DNA from: Auanema rhodensis
Lineage: Eukaryota; Animalia; Nematoda
Direction of reading: 5' to 3'
NCBI GenBank assembly: GCA_964057225.1
Contig: OZ059896.1
Location: 19,034,001-19,098,000, forward strand
Length of the DNA stretch: 64,000 nucleotides
A program made the translations under genes and the position numbers. The notes below the pieces were generated by a model. That model was not told where the DNA came from and did no database searches. It saw only the letters and a program-made list of their open reading frames with translations. Shown here one piece after another: positions 1 through 10,182 of this stretch (its first letter is position 1; every line of letters starts with the position of its first letter).

Positions 1-425
1 CTCTACGTCTGCCAACGTTTCCTTTTTCCTATATTATTGACAGATTACTGAATTTAAACTCCTATATCAATCTTAAATTACCTTCTAAATCTTTTGAAAT
101 TAAATTAAAAATTATCTTAATTAAGATTTATTTTGAAATTCTTTCTACAAATCTTAATAAACTTTATAAAATTGAACTTAATATACGAGATGAGACATTT
201 TTGTTTACTTTAAGCTTACTCACATTCAAATAGTTGGCCCACGCGTACCAGCTGTTCGGCATGTGTAGTCAATAACAGCTGTTAAAATTCAAAAGTTTTC
301 AAACAGGCTTAAGGCACCATCTGTGATTCCTTATTTGTCTCTAAGCTGACATTAGTGATTATAATATTCAAATATCACGACAGACGGTCAATGGTTGTTT
401 ACCATAAGCGCTAACATCTGGTGTC

Positions 426-908
426 GTGACACATGGCTGGAGGCGGAGCTTGAAGCTTCAACGATCCTCCTTCATCAGACGCCATTGTCACAAACGTTTT
501 TACTGGAATCTAGTTGCTTCCAGTACGCGCTCTTATATTCATCTAACTGTATTCACCAGCCACCATGTCGGACTCGGACATCAGCGAGGACAACAAAGAT
601 TAGGAACAAGGATCACCAGAGCCATACCTTTTGTATGTCACACAACAACAAAGAAGAATGAACAACGGTACAATACACGAATTAGAACACAAAATAAAGA
701 AATTCAGGTTAATGACTTAGTTATGATAAAAGTGAATTCTACACGAAACAAACTAACACCTTCATTCGAAGGGCCTTATTTAGTTACAGCAGTTCAAAGA
801 TCTTTCGTCGTGGTTTAAACAGATAGAGGAAAAAGCAGAAGAGTACACAAGGACTTCGTCAAACCTTACCAACGGACAACATCTATTCCGGTTATCACAA
901 TTTCTTGA
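426..908 (+). pseudogene. Ty3/Gypsy pol (integrase) remnant: C-terminal GPY/F domain with a premature stop, possible Zn-finger fragments
   Basis: Translates RYNTRIRTQNKEIQVNDLVMIKVNSTRNKLTPSFEGPYLVTAVQRSFVVV*TDRGKSRRVHKDFVKPY..., the typical 'D.V......KL.P.(F/W).GPY.V ... VH....K.Y' pattern. In-frame TAA at 816-818; the frame closes at TGA 906-908. The 5' boundary is approximate. Confidence 0.85.
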
Positions 909-1497
909 AGGTAGTTTTTTTTAACAAAATCAAATTGTTGAAATTTTTCTTATTTTATTTTGTGCCATTTCTAATTGTAACACTTCTTTGTTGTTGATTG
1001 ATTTTCTCTGAGAAGTCTGCTATTGTTTTACAAAAGTTTGTTTTATTACTCCAACTCTCATTGAGTAGATTTTTTTCAACATTCTCTTGTGAATCATGCT
1101 ATTTTTTATGCTTAATCATTACTTGTATTCACCTTATGGACATTAGTCATACGGGTTAAACGAGTTTTCATTTTTTTTGTACAAAACGAGCTCGACCTAT
1201 TCTCAGGGTAACACCGTACCTGTACAACTCAAGAAAATGAACGACTATATCACAGTCGAATGGTTTAGAAGCAAAGCTCTCGTTTGCAAGCATTTCACTA
1301 CTCAAGTGAATGAAATAGAATCTACTCGATACTACATTTCGAATTCAACAAACTTGAAGAGACAATAGCTAAACTTTCAAATCGTATTGTATACATTTTT
1401 TTTTATCCACTACACCATGATTTTTTTTTCCAACATCCAACTATCTTAAAAAGTGAATTAATTTATTTTGTTTTTGAACGAGGACGTTCAACTTTTT

Positions 1498-1509
1498 AAG
1501 GTGGGGGGA
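1498..1509 (+). promoter_or_regulatory. Polypurine tract (copy 1)
   Basis: AAGGTGGGGGGA directly before the 3' LTR, preceded by a T-run. Confidence 0.9.
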
Positions 1510-1892
1510 TGTCACATCTGCAAGCACATGGTAAACATGTGCGCGCTATTCAAATAGCGGGAGCCTGAACAAGCCCCGCCCACAACATGGGGCACACATG
1601 GCACTCTTGCTTCTGGCCTAACCCAGATAGGTTGTCTTATAGCCATGTGAGTCTCATCTCTATATCATCTATATATATATACTCTATTTAATACTTTATT
1701 AGATCTCTTTATATTCTTTCTTAATGTAATTCTTATATTGTATTTTCTTGTTATCTGATAATGAATCTTTTTCTCTTTAAGTATTTGTCTTAATAAGGAA
1801 ATCGGGGCGTTCGGGTCTGCCTACCTAAGGAACAAGGTAGAAGTACATATATCTTCCGACCATGAAAAGACGGGAAGAAACAATATGTAACG
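1510..1892 (+). repeat. 3' LTR of copy 1 (383 bp)
   Basis: TGTCACA...TGTAACG, preceded by the PPT and followed by GCAC. Confidence 0.95.
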
Positions 1893-2598
1893 GCACTATA
1901 CTACATTGAGAAACGCTTAATACAAAAATTAGTTATGATCGTTTGAAAAATGATGCATTAGTGTATGTTGAGTTTCCATGTACACTCAACATTGCTTCCA
2001 AAAACATTTTGACAAAAATTTTTTCGAAAATTTTCAGAATAATTTAGCGAAAAGTAGATGTTTTCAGATTCCTTTTTTCAAGGCAAAGACGATGGACAAT
2101 GTTATTCAACGAAAAAATTAATTCTTCAGGGTGAAAATCGATGATATAAGTGTGAACTTATATCAGTTGATATCTCGGTGCATTTTTAAGCTAGCGCAAA
2201 TCTGATAACACAGATCGATGCAGCTTAAAAATCCGCATCGAATGCACTATACTACATTGAGAAACGCTTAATACAAAAATTAGTTATGATCGTTTGAAAA
2301 ATGATGCATTAGTGTATGTTGAGTTTCCATGTACACTCAACATTGCTTCCAAAAACATTTTGACAAAAATTTTTTCGAAAATTTTCAGAATAATTTAGCA
2401 AAAAGTAGATGTTTTCAGATTCCTTTTTTCAAGGCAAAGACGATGGACAATGATATTCAACGAAAAAATTAATTCTTCAGGGTGAAAATCGAGGATATAA
2501 GTGTGAACTTATATCAGTTGATATCTCGGTGCATTTTTAAGCTAGCGCAAATCAGATAACACAGATCGATGCAGCTTAAAAATCCGCATCGAATGCAC
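1893..2598. repeat. Two 351-bp satellite monomers (+4-bp TSD) between copies 1 and 2
   Basis: 706 bp = 2 x 351 + 4; same monomer as the main array. Confidence 0.98.
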
Positions 2599-2981
2599 TG
2601 TCACATCTGCAAGCACATGGTAAACATGTGCGCGCTATTCAAATAGCGGGAGCCTGAACAAGCCCCGCCCACAACATGGGGCACACATGGCACTCTTGCT
2701 TCTGGCCTAACCCAGATAGGTTGTCTTATAGCCATGTGAGTCTCATCTCTATATCATCTATATATATATACTCTATTTAATACTTTATTAGATCTCTTTA
2801 TATTCTTTCTTAATGTAATTCTTATATTGTATTTTCTTGTTATCTGATAATGAATCTTTTTCTCTTTAAGTATTTGTCTTAATAAGGAAATCGGGGCGTT
2901 CGGGTCTGCCTACCTAAGGAACAAGGTAGAAGTACATATATCTTCCGACCATGAAAAGACGGGAAGAAACAATATGTAACG
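2599..2981 (+). repeat. 5' LTR of copy 2 (383 bp)
   Basis: Preceded by GCAC and followed by the PBS TGGAGGTTCCACC. Confidence 0.95.
2759..2770 (+). promoter_or_regulatory. (TA)n run in the LTR, candidate TATA region (present in all seven LTRs)
   Basis: TATATATATATA lies about 160 bp into the LTR, at the boundary between the GC-richer motif-dense part and the T-rich part. A promoter role is inferred only from position. Confidence 0.35.
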
Positions 2982-2994
2982 TGGAGGTTCCACC
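2982..2994 (+). promoter_or_regulatory. Primer-binding site complementary to the tRNA-Gln 3' end (copy 2)
   Basis: TGGAGGTTCCACC directly after the 5' LTR is the reverse complement of ...GGUGGAACCU-CCA, the 3' end of eukaryotic cytosolic tRNA-Gln as I recall it. Confidence 0.88.
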
Positions 2995-3865
2995 TTGCTT
3001 ACTTTACTGTTAATTTATTGACATCAAGTTTACGAGACTCTTGGACTTAATTACCCAACAGTGAGGAGTAACCGAGCCGTGCACCATGATTTCCCCAAAA
3101 ATTATTTTGGCTACCACTTCTCCTCCGCTCAACAAAAACTGGGAGGTGTCTGAGACGTTTGGGGAAACTATCAGACAATAGTTTTGACGAGCGTTACCTT
3201 TTTGTTATGCACGCGCGTGCTATTTTGATTCATTACTTTATGATGTGAATGTCCAGTGTGGCAACAGAGCTCACTTTTTAGCTGAGTTGTTTGGAAGCTG
3301 GAGGCTGTTGGGATAATTTTATTTACGATTTTTGATTTTGATTCACATCCAAGGGTTCATCAGGGTTCTACTCCTGTTAACTCTTTTCTTATTAGTTCAG
3401 AGATAATAAGAATATTTAAATTCCTACCCACCCAAGTCCACTCTACGTCTGCCAACGTTTCCTTTTTCCTATATTATTGACAGATTACTGAATTTAAACT
3501 CCTATATCAATCTTAAATTACCTTCTAAATCTTTTGAAATTAAATTAAAAATTATCTTAATTAAGATTTATTTTGAAATTCTTTCTACAAATCTTAATAA
3601 ACTTTATAAAATTGAACTTAATATACGAGATGAGACATTTTTGTTTACTTTAAGCTTACTCACATTCAAATAGTTGGCCCACGCGTACCAGCTGTTCGGC
3701 ATGTGTAGTCAATAACAGCTGTTAAAATTCAAAAGTTTTCAAACAGGCTTAAGGCACCATCTGTGATTCCTTATTTGTCTCTAAGCTGACATTAGTGATT
3801 ATAATATTCAAATATCACGACAGACGGTCAATGGTTGTTTACCATAAGCGCTAACATCTGGTGTC

Positions 3866-4348
3866 GTGACACATGGCTGGAGGCGGAGCTTGAAGCTTCA
3901 ACGATCCTCCTTCATCAGACGCCATTGTCACAAACGTTTTTACTGGAATCTAGTTGCTTCCAGTACGCGCTCTTATATTCATCTAACTGTATTCACCAGC
4001 CACCATGTCGGACTCGGACATCAGCGAGGACAACAAAGATTAGGAACAAGGATCACCAGAGCCATACCTTTTGTATGTCACACAACAACAAAGAAGAATG
4101 AACAACGGTACAATACACGAATTAGAACACAAAATAAAGAAATTCAGGTTAATGACTTAGTTATGATAAAAGTGAATTCTACACGAAACAAACTAACACC
4201 TTCATTCGAAGGGCCTTATTTAGTTACAGCAGTTCAAAGATCTTTCGTCGTGGTTTAAACAGATAGAGGAAAAAGCAGAAGAGTACACAAGGACTTCGTC
4301 AAACCTTACCAACGGACAACATCTATTCCGGTTATCACAATTTCTTGA
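3866..4348 (+). pseudogene. Integrase remnant (copy 2)
   Basis: Same sequence as 426-908, with the same premature stop. Confidence 0.85.
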
Positions 4349-4938
4349 AGGTAGTTTTTTTTAACAAAATCAAATTGTTGAAATTTTTCTTATTTTATTT
4401 TGTGCCATTTCTAATTGTAACACTTCTTTGTTGTTGATTGATTTTCTCTGAGAAGTCTGCTATTGTTTTACAAAAGTTTGTTTTATTACTCCAACTCTCA
4501 TTGAGTAGATTTTTTTCAACATTCTCTTGTGAATCATGCTATTTTTTATGCTTAATCATTACTTGTATTCACCTTATGGACATTAGTCATACGGGTTAAA
4601 CGAGTTTTCATTTTTTTTGTACAAAACGAGCTCGACCTATTCTCAGGGTAACACCGTACCTGTACAACTCAAGAAAATGAACGACTATATCACAGTCGAA
4701 TGGTTTAGAAGCAAAGCTCTCGTTTGCAAGCATTTCACTACTCAAGTGAATGAAATAGAATCTACTCGATACTACATTTCGAATTCAACAAACTTGAAGA
4801 GACAATAGCTAAACTTTCAAATCGTATTGTATACATTTTTTTTTTATCCACTACACCATGATTTTTTTTTCCAACATCCAACTATCTTAAAAAGTGAATT
4901 AATTTATTTTGTTTTTGAACGAGGACGTTCAACTTTTT

Positions 4939-4950
4939 AAGGTGGGGGGA
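4939..4950 (+). promoter_or_regulatory. Polypurine tract (copy 2)
   Basis: AAGGTGGGGGGA before the 3' LTR. Confidence 0.9.
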
Positions 4951-5333
4951 TGTCACATCTGCAAGCACATGGTAAACATGTGCGCGCTATTCAAATAGCG
5001 GGAGCCTGAACAAGCCCCGCCCACAACATGGGGCACACATGGCACTCTTGCTTCTGGCCTAACCCAGATAGGTTGTCTTATAGCCATGTGAGTCTCATCT
5101 CTATATCATCTATATATATATACTCTATTTAATACTTTATTAGATCTCTTTATATTCTTTCTTAATGTAATTCTTATATTGTATTTTCTTGTTATCTGAT
5201 AATGAATCTTTTTCTCTTTAAGTATTTGTCTTAATAAGGAAATCGGGGCGTTCGGGTCTGCCTACCTAAGGAACAAGGTAGAAGTACATATATCTTCCGA
5301 CCATGAAAAGACGGGAAGAAACAATATGTAACG
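4951..5333 (+). repeat. 3' LTR of copy 2
   Basis: Direct repeat of 2599-2981, preceded by the PPT. Confidence 0.95.
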
Positions 5334-6039
5334 GCACTATACTACATTGAGAAACGCTTAATACAAAAATTAGTTATGATCGTTTGAAAAATGATGCATT
5401 AGTGTATGTTGAGTTTCCATGTACACTCAACATTGCTTCCAAAAACATTTTGACAAAAATTTTTTCGAAAATTTTCAGAATAATTTAGCGAAAAGTAGAT
5501 GTTTTCAGATTCCTTTTTTCAAGGCAAAGACGATGGACAATGTTATTCAACGAAAAAATTAATTCTTCAGGGTGAAAATCGATGATATAAGTGTGAACTT
5601 ATATCAGTTGATATCTCGGTGCATTTTTAAGCTAGCGCAAATCTGATAACACAGATCGATGCAGCTTAAAAATCCGCATCGAATGCACTATACTACATTG
5701 AGAAACGCTTAATACAAAAATTAGTTATGATCGTTTGAAAAATGATGCATTAGTGTATGTTGAGTTTCCATGTACACTCAACATTGCTTCCAAAAACATT
5801 TTGACAAAAATTTTTTCGAAAATTTTCAGAATAATTTAGCAAAAAGTAGATGTTTTCAGATTCCTTTTTTCAAGGCAAAGACGATGGACAATGATATTCA
5901 ACGAAAAAATTAATTCTTCAGGGTGAAAATCGAGGATATAAGTGTGAACTTATATCAGTTGATATCTCGGTGCATTTTTAAGCTAGCGCAAATCAGATAA
6001 CACAGATCGATGCAGCTTAAAAATCCGCATCGAATGCAC
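5334..6039. repeat. Two 351-bp satellite monomers (+4-bp TSD) between copies 2 and 3
   Basis: 706 bp; by eye identical to 1893-2598. Confidence 0.98.
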
Positions 6040-6422
6040 TGTCACATCTGCAAGCACATGGTAAACATGTGCGCGCTATTCAAATAGCGGGAGCCTGAAC
6101 AAGCCCCGCCCACAACATGGGGCACACATGGCACTCTTGCTTCTGGCCTAACCCAGATAGGTTGTCTTATAGCCATGTGAGTCTCATCTCTATATCATCT
6201 ATATATATATACTCTATTTAATACTTTATTAGATCTCTTTATATTCTTTCTTAATGTAATTCTTATATTGTATTTTCTTGTTATCTGATAATGAATCTTT
6301 TTCTCTTTAAGTATTTGTCTTAATAAGGAAATCGGGGCGTTCGGGTCTGCCTACCTAAGGAACAAGGTAGAAGTACATATATCTTCCGACCATGAAAAGA
6401 CGGGAAGAAACAATATGTAACG
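6040..6422 (+). repeat. 5' LTR of copy 3
   Basis: Same 383-bp sequence, followed by the PBS. Confidence 0.95.
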
Positions 6423-6435
6423 TGGAGGTTCCACC
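6423..6435 (+). promoter_or_regulatory. Primer-binding site, tRNA-Gln (copy 3)
   Basis: TGGAGGTTCCACC after the 5' LTR. Confidence 0.88.
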
Positions 6436-7306
6436 TTGCTTACTTTACTGTTAATTTATTGACATCAAGTTTACGAGACTCTTGGACTTAATTACCCAAC
6501 AGTGAGGAGTAACCGAGCCGTGCACCATGATTTCCCCAAAAATTATTTTGGCTACCACTTCTCCTCCGCTCAACAAAAACTGGGAGGTGTCTGAGACGTT
6601 TGGGGAAACTATCAGACAATAGTTTTGACGAGCGTTACCTTTTTGTTATGCACGCGCGTGCTATTTTGATTCATTACTTTATGATGTGAATGTCCAGTGT
6701 GGCAACAGAGCTCACTTTTTAGCTGAGTTGTTTGGAAGCTGGAGGCTGTTGGGATAATTTTATTTACGATTTTTGATTTTGATTCACATCCAAGGGTTCA
6801 TCAGGGTTCTACTCCTGTTAACTCTTTTCTTATTAGTTCAGAGATAATAAGAATATTTAAATTCCTACCCACCCAAGTCCACTCTACGTCTGCCAACGTT
6901 TCCTTTTTCCTATATTATTGACAGATTACTGAATTTAAACTCCTATATCAATCTTAAATTACCTTCTAAATCTTTTGAAATTAAATTAAAAATTATCTTA
7001 ATTAAGATTTATTTTGAAATTCTTTCTACAAATCTTAATAAACTTTATAAAATTGAACTTAATATACGAGATGAGACATTTTTGTTTACTTTAAGCTTAC
7101 TCACATTCAAATAGTTGGCCCACGCGTACCAGCTGTTCGGCATGTGTAGTCAATAACAGCTGTTAAAATTCAAAAGTTTTCAAACAGGCTTAAGGCACCA
7201 TCTGTGATTCCTTATTTGTCTCTAAGCTGACATTAGTGATTATAATATTCAAATATCACGACAGACGGTCAATGGTTGTTTACCATAAGCGCTAACATCT
7301 GGTGTC

Positions 7307-7789
7307 GTGACACATGGCTGGAGGCGGAGCTTGAAGCTTCAACGATCCTCCTTCATCAGACGCCATTGTCACAAACGTTTTTACTGGAATCTAGTTGCTT
7401 CCAGTACGCGCTCTTATATTCATCTAACTGTATTCACCAGCCACCATGTCGGACTCGGACATCAGCGAGGACAACAAAGATTAGGAACAAGGATCACCAG
7501 AGCCATACCTTTTGTATGTCACACAACAACAAAGAAGAATGAACAACGGTACAATACACGAATTAGAACACAAAATAAAGAAATTCAGGTTAATGACTTA
7601 GTTATGATAAAAGTGAATTCTACACGAAACAAACTAACACCTTCATTCGAAGGGCCTTATTTAGTTACAGCAGTTCAAAGATCTTTCGTCGTGGTTTAAA
7701 CAGATAGAGGAAAAAGCAGAAGAGTACACAAGGACTTCGTCAAACCTTACCAACGGACAACATCTATTCCGGTTATCACAATTTCTTGA
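7307..7789 (+). pseudogene. Integrase remnant (copy 3)
   Basis: Same sequence as 426-908. Confidence 0.85.
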
Positions 7790-8379
7790 AGGTAGTTTTT
7801 TTTAACAAAATCAAATTGTTGAAATTTTTCTTATTTTATTTTGTGCCATTTCTAATTGTAACACTTCTTTGTTGTTGATTGATTTTCTCTGAGAAGTCTG
7901 CTATTGTTTTACAAAAGTTTGTTTTATTACTCCAACTCTCATTGAGTAGATTTTTTTCAACATTCTCTTGTGAATCATGCTATTTTTTATGCTTAATCAT
8001 TACTTGTATTCACCTTATGGACATTAGTCATACGGGTTAAACGAGTTTTCATTTTTTTTGTACAAAACGAGCTCGACCTATTCTCAGGGTAACACCGTAC
8101 CTGTACAACTCAAGAAAATGAACGACTATATCACAGTCGAATGGTTTAGAAGCAAAGCTCTCGTTTGCAAGCATTTCACTACTCAAGTGAATGAAATAGA
8201 ATCTACTCGATACTACATTTCGAATTCAACAAACTTGAAGAGACAATAGCTAAACTTTCAAATCGTATTGTATACATTTTTTTTTTATCCACTACACCAT
8301 GATTTTTTTTTCCAACATCCAACTATCTTAAAAAGTGAATTAATTTATTTTGTTTTTGAACGAGGACGTTCAACTTTTT

Positions 8380-8391
8380 AAGGTGGGGGGA
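8380..8391 (+). promoter_or_regulatory. Polypurine tract (copy 3)
   Basis: AAGGTGGGGGGA before the 3' LTR. Confidence 0.9.
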
Positions 8392-8774
8392 TGTCACATC
8401 TGCAAGCACATGGTAAACATGTGCGCGCTATTCAAATAGCGGGAGCCTGAACAAGCCCCGCCCACAACATGGGGCACACATGGCACTCTTGCTTCTGGCC
8501 TAACCCAGATAGGTTGTCTTATAGCCATGTGAGTCTCATCTCTATATCATCTATATATATATACTCTATTTAATACTTTATTAGATCTCTTTATATTCTT
8601 TCTTAATGTAATTCTTATATTGTATTTTCTTGTTATCTGATAATGAATCTTTTTCTCTTTAAGTATTTGTCTTAATAAGGAAATCGGGGCGTTCGGGTCT
8701 GCCTACCTAAGGAACAAGGTAGAAGTACATATATCTTCCGACCATGAAAAGACGGGAAGAAACAATATGTAACG
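8392..8774 (+). repeat. 3' LTR of copy 3
   Basis: Same 383-bp sequence, preceded by the PPT. Confidence 0.95.
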
Positions 8775-10182
8775 GCACTATACTACATTGAGAAACGCTT
8801 AATACAAAAATTAGTTATGATCGTTTGAAAAATGATGCATTAGTGTATGTTGAGTTTCCATATACACTCAACATTGCTTCCAAAAACATTTTGACAAAAA
8901 TTTTTTCGAAAATTTTCAGAATAATTTAGCGAAAAGTAGATGTTTTCAGATTCCTTTTTTCAAGGCAAAGACGATGGACAATGTTATTCAACGAAAAAAT
9001 TAATTCTTCAGGGTGAAAATCGATGATATAAGTGTGAACTTATATCAGTTGATATCTCGGTGCATTTTTAAGCTAGCGCAAATCTGATAACACAGATCGA
9101 TGCAGCTTAAAAATCCGCATCGAATGCACTATACTACATTGAGAAACGCTTAATACAAAAATTAGTTATGATCGTTTGAAAAATGATGCATTAGTGTATG
9201 TTGAGTTTCCATGTACACTCAACATTGCTTCCAAAAACATTTTGACAAAAATTTTTTCGAAAATTTTCAGAATAATTTAGCAAAAAGTAGATGTTTTCAG
9301 ATTCCTTTTTTCAAGGCAAAGACGATGGACAATGTTATTCAACGAAAAAATTAATTCTTCAGGGTGAAAATCGAGGATATAAGTGTGAACTTATATCAGT
9401 TGATATCTCGGTGCATTTTTAAGCTAGCGCAAATCTGATAACACAGATCGATGCAGCTTAAAAATCCGCATCGAATGCACTATACTACATTGAGAAACGC
9501 TTAATACAAAAATTAGTTATGATCGTTTGAAAAATGATGCATTAGTGTATGTTGAGTTTCCATGTACACTCAACATTGCTTCCAAAAACATTTTGACAAA
9601 AATTTTTTCGAAAAGTTTCAAGATAATTTAGCGAAAAGTAGATGTTTTTAGATTCCTTTTTTCAAGGCAAAGACGATGGACAATGATATTCAACGAAAAA
9701 ATTAATTCTTCAGGGTGAAAATCGAGGATATAAGTGTGAACTTATATCAGTTGATATCTCGGTGCATTTTTAAGCTAGCGCAAATCTGATAACACAGATC
9801 GATGCAGCTTAAAAATCCGCATCGAATGCACTATACTACATTGAGAAACGCTTAATACAAAAATTAGTTATGATCGTTTGAAAAATGATGCATTAGTGTA
9901 TGTTGAGTTTCCATGTACACTCAACATTGCTTCCAAAAACATTTTGACAAAAATTTTTTCGAAAAGTTTCAAGATAATTTAGCGAAAAGTAGATGTTTTT
10001 AGATTCCTTTTTTCAAGGCAAAGACGATGGACAATGATATTCAACGAAAAAATTAATTCTTCAGGGTGAAAATCGAGGATATAAGTGTGAACTTATATCA
10101 GTTGATATCTCGGTGCATTTTTAAGCTAGCGCAAATCAGATAACACAGATCGATGCAGCTTAAAAATCCGCATCGAATGCAC
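8775..10182. repeat. Four 351-bp satellite monomers (+4-bp TSD) between copies 3 and 4
   Basis: 1408 bp = 4 x 351 + 4. Confidence 0.98.

Larger units (their letters stand above)
1..1892 (+). mobile_element. Non-autonomous Ty3/Gypsy-type LTR retroelement, copy 1 (5' ~842 bp outside the window)
   Basis: Matches 3441-5333 of copy 2 except T9 vs T10 near 1396-1404. Ends with PPT, 3' LTR and GCAC. Confidence 0.93.
2599..5333 (+). mobile_element. Non-autonomous Ty3/Gypsy-type LTR retroelement, copy 2 (2735 bp)
   Basis: 383-bp direct LTRs at 2599-2981 and 4951-5333, PBS 2982-2994, PPT 4939-4950, TSD GCAC at 2595-2598 and 5334-5337. Integrase GPY/F remnant present; no RT, RNase H or protease ORF. 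Confidence 0.95.
6040..8774 (+). mobile_element. Non-autonomous Ty3/Gypsy-type LTR retroelement, copy 3 (2735 bp)
   Basis: LTRs at 6040-6422 and 8392-8774, PBS 6423-6435, PPT 8380-8391, TSD GCAC at 6036-6039 and 8775-8778. Confidence 0.95.

Noticed and set aside
395-661. 88-aa ORF (x4) as a functional gene
   Set aside because: It has a non-ATG start and overlaps the integrase remnant in another frame. At most it holds frameshifted integrase fragments.
1510-2981. Reading LTR-satellite dimer-LTR as a TRIM-like element that captured satellite
   Set aside because: There is no PBS after the first LTR and no PPT before the second. The PBS, PPT and TSD positions define the element the other way round.
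2995-3830. gag or protease remnant in the 5' internal region
   Set aside because: There is no ORF of 60 aa or more in the track, and I see no CCHC or D(S/T)G motif that I can support.
1-8774. Element multiplicity as a pure assembly artefact
   Set aside because: Different spacer lengths, a recombinant monomer and copy-specific SNPs argue that the multiplicity is real. The exact count of the near-identical 3.44-kb units still needs read support.
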